DNA of 64,000 nt, taken from Candidatus Latescibacterota bacterium (GTDB lineage Bacteria; Latescibacterota; UBA2968). The notes under the pieces are model-generated. The model was given only the letters and a program-made list of their open reading frames with translations. It ran no database searches and was not told the DNA's origin. Made by a program: the position numbers and the translations under genes. This document shows, piece by piece, positions 59,000-64,000 of the stretch. Each line of letters begins with the position of its first letter. The stretch's first letter is position 1. Location of the stretch: contig OZ241986.1 of NCBI GenBank assembly GCA_965204375.1, positions 1,408,001 to 1,472,000 of the forward strand, in the 5' to 3' direction.

Positions 59000-60172
59000 A
59001 TGAGAAAACGATTTTTACTGATTTTTTTACTTGTGACATATCTCGCTGGTTGCAATACCGAAAAGCGCAACCCGTTGGGCGAAGGCTTTGTTGGACGCGA
59101 TCCCGGTGATACAGTAGCATTGCCCGCGATTCCGCTAACGTCGGCGCGGTCCTTTCAATCTCTGATTTTTCCCACTGTGATGGGAGAACAAGAGGAGTTG
59201 CTGGTCGGGCAGATGAATGGTTTTTTGCTGCGGAGTCTGTTGCGTTTTAATGTGCCGGATGAGTTATCTGGCGGTGTGCCATCGGGGTTGACGATTGATT
59301 CCCTGCGCGTCAATCTGGGTATTCGGTCGGCACGATTGGTCGAAAATGCATCGCTGATTGCATTGCGGCCCGATTCGCCATGGGAAGAACTTCAGACCTA
59401 TGTCGATACGACTCGCTGGGTCGAGGCCGAGGTGCTTGCAACGCCAATACCCGGTGCTGTGGCGCAGGTGTTTGCGGACCGCGTTCGGATCGATTTGCCA
59501 GTGTCGCTCTTGAAGGATGCGATAGAATCAAGTTCTCTATCTATGGAAGTTTTGTTGCAACCCGATGGTGAGGCACCTTTTTTGTTAGATATTTTTTCAC
59601 GCGAAGCTACCGATATTCGTGCAGATGCGCCGATTCCCGAATTGGAGGCGGTGTACCGGGTGGGAGATGTGACAGAGCGTATAGCTGTTCAGACCGATGC
59701 AGACACTTATTGGAGTGCGCGGGCCAATGGCGGTCCACCGGAAAATCTGGCGATTCTTTCCGAGGGTTTTTTTTACGGGAGTGTTTTGAATTTTGATCTG
59801 CCCAATATTCCACAAGGCGCGACGATCAATTCGGCCAAATTGCAATTGAATATCGATCTGGATCGTTCCTATTTTTCATCTTTTCCCATTGAAATATATG
59901 GCCTGAAAATTGCAGAAGGCGATACCGCGTTTACGCGGTTTAATGAGAGATTACTCATTGAACCAGCGACAGCGACTTACACGATTAATCAGACTTTGAT
60001 TCAAGCATGGATATCTGGTGTACGAGAAAATCATGGATTGGCACTTTCGCCCGTCAATTTTGTTTCTTTAGGAGGGTTGCCAGTGCCTTTAAATTCGCCC
60101 TCTCTCATCCGATGGCTTGTGTTAAAAGATGTGCGTTTAAATCTCATTTACTCTCTTCCTCCGGAACTGTAA
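59000..60172 (+). CDS. Outer-membrane lipoprotein, DUF4270/DNRLRE-like
   Basis: Lipobox LAGC; duplicated RSLLRF / SVLNFDL..IPQGATINSAKLQL; W....RENHG. Confidence 0.55.
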   Translation: MRKRFLLIFLLVTYLAGCNTEKRNPLGEGFVGRDPGDTVALPAIPLTSARSFQSLIFPTVMGEQEELLVGQMNGFLLRSLLRFNVPDELSGGVPSGLTIDSLRVNLGIRSARLVENASLIALRPDSPWEELQTYVDTTRWVEAEVLATPIPGAVAQVFADRVRIDLPVSLLKDAIESSSLSMEVLLQPDGEAPFLLDIFSREATDIRADAPIPELEAVYRVGDVTERIAVQTDADTYWSARANGGPPENLAILSEGFFYGSVLNFDLPNIPQGATINSAKLQLNIDLDRSYFSSFPIEIYGLKIAEGDTAFTRFNERLLIEPATATYTINQTLIQAWISGVRENHGLALSPVNFVSLGGLPVPLNSPSLIRWLVLKDVRLNLIYSLPPEL

Positions 60173-60173
60173 T

Positions 60174-61337
60174 ATGATGCGAATAATTCTCGCTTTGGGT
60201 TTTATTTTGTCGATGGTACTGCCAGCTTGTGCCAATACAATTTTTTCTTTTTATGGCGTTGGCGATCCAGTCAGGCGCGTTGATGCGCGGTCTCGAAGTA
60301 TGGGCGGTACTGGGCGGTCGCTTGCAGATGGGCTAAATTTTTCATCCCACAATCCCGCTTTGTTGGGTGCTTTCCGCAGGATGTCTGTGAGTGCGCAATT
60401 TATGGCCCAGCACCGATTTTTGAATGGCGAAAGCATTGTAAATGACGGGGACGTCGGGGCCTTTCAGGTCGCACTGCCTATGAGACGGGGGTCTGTTTTG
60501 GGCGTGGGGCTTGAACCGCTTACAGATATGGATTTCGGGGCGATAGAAGATCGAGGCACGGGTGATTTGAAGTATCAACTGGAAGTGGAAGCGACCGGGG
60601 GTATCCAGGCTATTTCCCTGGGGTTGGGACATCGAATTGGGCGCAGGCTTTTTGTGGGCGGGCGTATAAATTGGGTGGCTATGGGGACGCTTAACGAGTC
60701 CTGGATCAAGGATTTCGACAATGAGACGGTCTTCTTTTCTCACGATGAAATCACGCGCACCCATCGCGGGTGGTTGCCTTCATTCGGGATTATCTATACT
60801 CCCACTGTGCGGTGGAGTCTGGGCGCAAATGTCGATATTGGAGGCAGTATCAAGCAGCGTCAGGTTCAAAGAAATCGTTTTGTGGGACAGCGCGAAGCCG
60901 TTGAGGTCGAAACGGAAAGCGATGTGGAATTTCCCCGGGAATTTGGGGCGGGGGTAACGTATATGGCGGGCTATCGCTGGCTGGCGTCGGTCGATGTTTC
61001 TCGGGGGCTGTGGCACGCGACAGGGGATGGACGGTTTGATACGTGGGATGTAAGTGCAGGGATGTTGTGGCGCACGGGAGACCCCGATGTGCTGGTGCGG
61101 GGCCGGCGCTTTGAACTCAGCGCGGGTTTGCATTATCGGTCGCTTTATTTTCCGACGACCTCTAATAATCAGATTGACGAATTGGGGGCCAGCTTTGGCC
61201 TGGCGTTGCCATTTGTGAATAATAGCGGTCGTTTTCGCTATGTGCTCGAGGTGGGAAGGCGCGGCGACCGCTCAAAACACGGCGCGTCAGAGCGGTTTAT
61301 TCAGCACTCTTTTTCCGTAGTCGGTTTTGTAAGATAA
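60174..61337 (+). CDS. Outer-membrane beta-barrel (FadL/OmpP1-like)
   Basis: Signal peptide; SFYGVGD, ARSRSMGG, NPALL; amphipathic beta-strands. Confidence 0.7.
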   Translation: MMRIILALGFILSMVLPACANTIFSFYGVGDPVRRVDARSRSMGGTGRSLADGLNFSSHNPALLGAFRRMSVSAQFMAQHRFLNGESIVNDGDVGAFQVALPMRRGSVLGVGLEPLTDMDFGAIEDRGTGDLKYQLEVEATGGIQAISLGLGHRIGRRLFVGGRINWVAMGTLNESWIKDFDNETVFFSHDEITRTHRGWLPSFGIIYTPTVRWSLGANVDIGGSIKQRQVQRNRFVGQREAVEVETESDVEFPREFGAGVTYMAGYRWLASVDVSRGLWHATGDGRFDTWDVSAGMLWRTGDPDVLVRGRRFELSAGLHYRSLYFPTTSNNQIDELGASFGLALPFVNNSGRFRYVLEVGRRGDRSKHGASERFIQHSFSVVGFVR

Positions 61338-61353
61338 TTTGGGGCAGGACAGT

Positions 61354-62535
61354 TCAAACGGTCTGTGTTCGGCGCCCGAGCGCTCGGATACGGCCGTTTT
61401 TGATTTTTTGAACAATTTTATCGGATAGAAGGTGCAAAACGGGCAGACCAATCCCCGTGCAAATAAAGTACAGAGGAGCTGTTTCGGGCGCAATAGATTC
61501 AAAGCAGACGATTGCAAGGAGGCCCTGCGACAAGAGCGGAAGCCAGGCTTGAACGGGTTGCGAGGTGAAGTGCCTACATAGCAGACCACCGGCAATTTTG
61601 CCCAAAATCAAGGCTGCTATCAGGGCATAAAAATGAGGCGGTACGGAGGATATTTGCCAGTCTAAAACGAGGCCGCTAACATAGTGTGCGAGAGCAAAAG
61701 CAATCAGTGCTTCCGCATTTGGTGGACGCATATTAGGTCTCAGTCCGCGTTTGGTGCGCAAGGACAATGCAAGGCCCACTGCCCAGGCCAAAATAAGGGG
61801 CTGAATCCAAACGTGCCACGAAGCAAGCGCGATCAGGAATGACAGGGCAAACCAACTCGTAAACTGGCCTGTGGGAGTGTGGATATGTTGCAACCAGCGA
61901 TGCACGAGTTCAATGCCAACAACACCGATCAAAACGGCCAGTGCGATATCAGCGGCAAGATGAAGAAAGGAATAGAACCCGTCGTTCAGGATGAATTCGA
62001 CGCCAAAAATAAGCCCTGTCAAAAAGAGCAAACAGAGACCGATTGCCGTAACACATAAAGAAAAAGGCCATGTATCTCGCAGGTTGTGTTCTGTGCGGTC
62101 TAAAAATATGGGGGCTGAGATGCCCGATAGGATGGCAAGTTGCAAGGTGGTGACAAGGTGGAGGTCGAAAAAGATGAGTACTGAGAAGGTCGTGAGAACG
62201 GGTGCTGCATACAGGTAAATGCTACCCGTAAGCAAACGCTGATTTGCAAAGATAGGACGGGAGAGCGATGTGCCCAAATAAAGGCCGACCCAGGCCATTG
62301 CGATATCTGCAAAGGGCTTTATACTCTGGTGACTTTCAGCGGTTGTAATAGGTGCAATGCCGATGGCGAGCCCCGCGGCTATCATGCCCAGGACATTGGG
62401 CAATTTGGCGCGATGAGCCAGTCGCGCACCCACGATAGAGGCCGTTATCAGAAAGCCGACCCAGACCATTTCGGGAGGGGATTGGAGAAGCCAGATCAGG
62501 ATACCGATACCAAGTGTAATGCAAAAAAGGCGCAT
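61354..62535 (-). CDS. Cation:proton antiporter-like membrane protein
   Basis: Polytopic; KLPNVLGMIAAGLAIG, GKIAGG, LLSQG. Confidence 0.6.
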   Translation of the reverse strand: MRLFCITLGIGILIWLLQSPPEMVWVGFLITASIVGARLAHRAKLPNVLGMIAAGLAIGIAPITTAESHQSIKPFADIAMAWVGLYLGTSLSRPIFANQRLLTGSIYLYAAPVLTTFSVLIFFDLHLVTTLQLAILSGISAPIFLDRTEHNLRDTWPFSLCVTAIGLCLLFLTGLIFGVEFILNDGFYSFLHLAADIALAVLIGVVGIELVHRWLQHIHTPTGQFTSWFALSFLIALASWHVWIQPLILAWAVGLALSLRTKRGLRPNMRPPNAEALIAFALAHYVSGLVLDWQISSVPPHFYALIAALILGKIAGGLLCRHFTSQPVQAWLPLLSQGLLAIVCFESIAPETAPLYFICTGIGLPVLHLLSDKIVQKIKNGRIRALGRRTQTV

Positions 62536-62545
62536 GGAAATCGTC

Positions 62546-63763
62546 TCAGGTGTGAGATTGTGGTGAATTCGCGGGTGGAATGAGTATCATTTGACTTAAA
62601 AAAACGGCAATTACGAGCCCCGTAATGAGCGTGTAGTGCTGAAAGTCGAGGAGATAAATGGCCTGTACGCCAACAGCGATACTCAGCGTGCCCTGAGGGC
62701 GCCAGCTCAAGGTGAGCAATTCGCGCCAAGTCTGCGGTATTTGCCAGAGGGTTTGGGATACCGTGAAACCGATTGTGCGGCCCATTCCTCGCACGAGTAT
62801 CACTGTGAGAGCAAGTGGAAAAAGAGGTGACCAGAGAAAAAATATATCGCCGCCAAATTCCCCTATTATTGAGCCGGTCAACGCGAAAAAGATCGGTTCA
62901 ATCACGTCATTTGCACGTGTTGTAAATTCGACGATTTCGCGTTTTGCCACGGTTGTGTTAATCAGCCAGATACCCGATAGAAAGCCCACAGCAAGAGATG
63001 GTAAGTCCGGAGCCTGGCACAATCCTGAAAGGGCGATCACAATGCCCAGGACAAGGCTTAGTGCGCGAGCACCCGTGCGGTGGCTGCGAAATGAAAAATC
63101 GAGCGCGATGCCTCCGACCACGCCTGCGCCGAGCATGAGCAGTGCAATACCAGTTGCACCTATAAATGGCAAGTTGCCCAAATAAAAAATGGGGTTTTCT
63201 GCAAGTGGGGGAAAAGCGATGCACAACACGGCCATAGCCGCGATATTACTAAGTGGCAGGTTTTGACCTGGAACAGGAGTTGGAATAGGGCGGTTGGGCC
63301 ACTGAAAAAAAGGTGTGGGAAAGCGCACAGTAAGTGCGAAACAGGTGAGCAAAACTATGGCGAGGGGTAAATTTTGGAGCAACCCGAGGTAGCGATAAAG
63401 TATTAAACCACTGGCGAAGGCCGCAAGGACAGTGAACCCGCCGGTGGCGAGTACAACGGCTGTTTGAGAGTAAATCACCGAGATTCCGCGGTCTCGCAGA
63501 TTTTGGAGGTCTGTTGACAGACCTGTTTGCAGGCCAATCCACAGCAAAATAGCGCCGATGCAATTGTACCGCACCACTTCAAACAGGTGAAACACCTCAT
63601 CGGCTTCAGAAAAAAACATCCCTACGAGAACACCGAGGAGCAGATAATGTGCTCTGCCTATTCGCAGACTGTCTATCAGCGGATATGGTGGCATCCGTCG
63701 AAAAATTTTTTGGCCGAAAAAAAAAGCACCAAAACCGACAATTAAACTGAAAATAAAGGCCAT
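62546..63763 (-). CDS. Cation:proton antiporter-like membrane protein
   Basis: Polytopic; WIGLQTG, EPIFFALTG, VRGMGRTIG, PQG. Confidence 0.6.
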   Translation of the reverse strand: MAFIFSLIVGFGAFFFGQKIFRRMPPYPLIDSLRIGRAHYLLLGVLVGMFFSEADEVFHLFEVVRYNCIGAILLWIGLQTGLSTDLQNLRDRGISVIYSQTAVVLATGGFTVLAAFASGLILYRYLGLLQNLPLAIVLLTCFALTVRFPTPFFQWPNRPIPTPVPGQNLPLSNIAAMAVLCIAFPPLAENPIFYLGNLPFIGATGIALLMLGAGVVGGIALDFSFRSHRTGARALSLVLGIVIALSGLCQAPDLPSLAVGFLSGIWLINTTVAKREIVEFTTRANDVIEPIFFALTGSIIGEFGGDIFFLWSPLFPLALTVILVRGMGRTIGFTVSQTLWQIPQTWRELLTLSWRPQGTLSIAVGVQAIYLLDFQHYTLITGLVIAVFLSQMILIPPANSPQSHT

Positions 63764-63811
63764 AAAATGCCTGCACTTTAGGGATAACTGGTGTCGTCTT
63801 TACTGCGGTGG

Positions 63812-63840
63812 ATTATACTTTTTTCCAAAGTTTGGGTCAA
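63812..63840 (-). promoter_or_regulatory. Sigma70 promoter for the antiporter pair
   Basis: TTGACC-17 bp-TATAAT. Confidence 0.65.
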
Positions 63841-63862
63841 GGGCGAAGTTGACGACCCACGC

Positions 63863-63891
63863 TTGACAGTCGTTAAAATATAGTGTATAGT
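63863..63891 (+). promoter_or_regulatory. Strong sigma70 promoter reading out of the window
   Basis: TTGACA-17 bp-TATAGT. Confidence 0.65.
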
Positions 63892-64000
63892 CAAGATTGA
63901 GTTGTAATAGATGAGTTTTGAGAGAGCACCTTCCCCATAGTTCTGCTAATGTTGTGCTGTGCGTGGGGGCGGATGGCCGGGTACTGATAGCACAAATTCT

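Overview
Bacterial chromosomal window with no prophage, IS, CRISPR or rRNA that I can support. The gene content (several sulfatases and Gfo/Idh/MocA oxidoreductases, a PhyH dioxygenase, secreted enzymes tagged with a twin EF-hand 'dockerin-like' module) suggests by inference an FCB-group heterotroph such as Latescibacterota/Gemmatimonadota. In order: a 5'-truncated GH116 glycosidase; radC, a SAM hydrolase and a HAD-YvcK fusion plus a second HAD; comF; a pfk-gap-pgk-tpiA-secG-tRNA-Leu(GAG) core operon; about 18 kb of catabolic genes; a large S8 protease; a GAF/PepSY-TM-like fusion next to a cytochrome c'-like lipoprotein; an AT-rich islet (NucS-like nuclease, two coiled-coil proteins, BrnT/BrnA); SRAP; an ArsC/Spx-family selenoprotein that the ORF track truncates (UxxC with a SECIS-like hairpin); an internally duplicated UxaA; a DtxR-feoAB and troABCD-troR metal uptake region in which both permeases carry DtxR-like domains; a metalloprotease, map, a GT3-like glycosyltransferase, outer-membrane proteins and two cation/proton antiporter-like genes. 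Best candidates for new biology: the GAF-haem-TM/cytochrome c' pair, the AT-rich candidate defence islet, the HAD-YvcK/HAD pair and the shared dockerin-like tag. All calls come from motif reading; no database searches were run.
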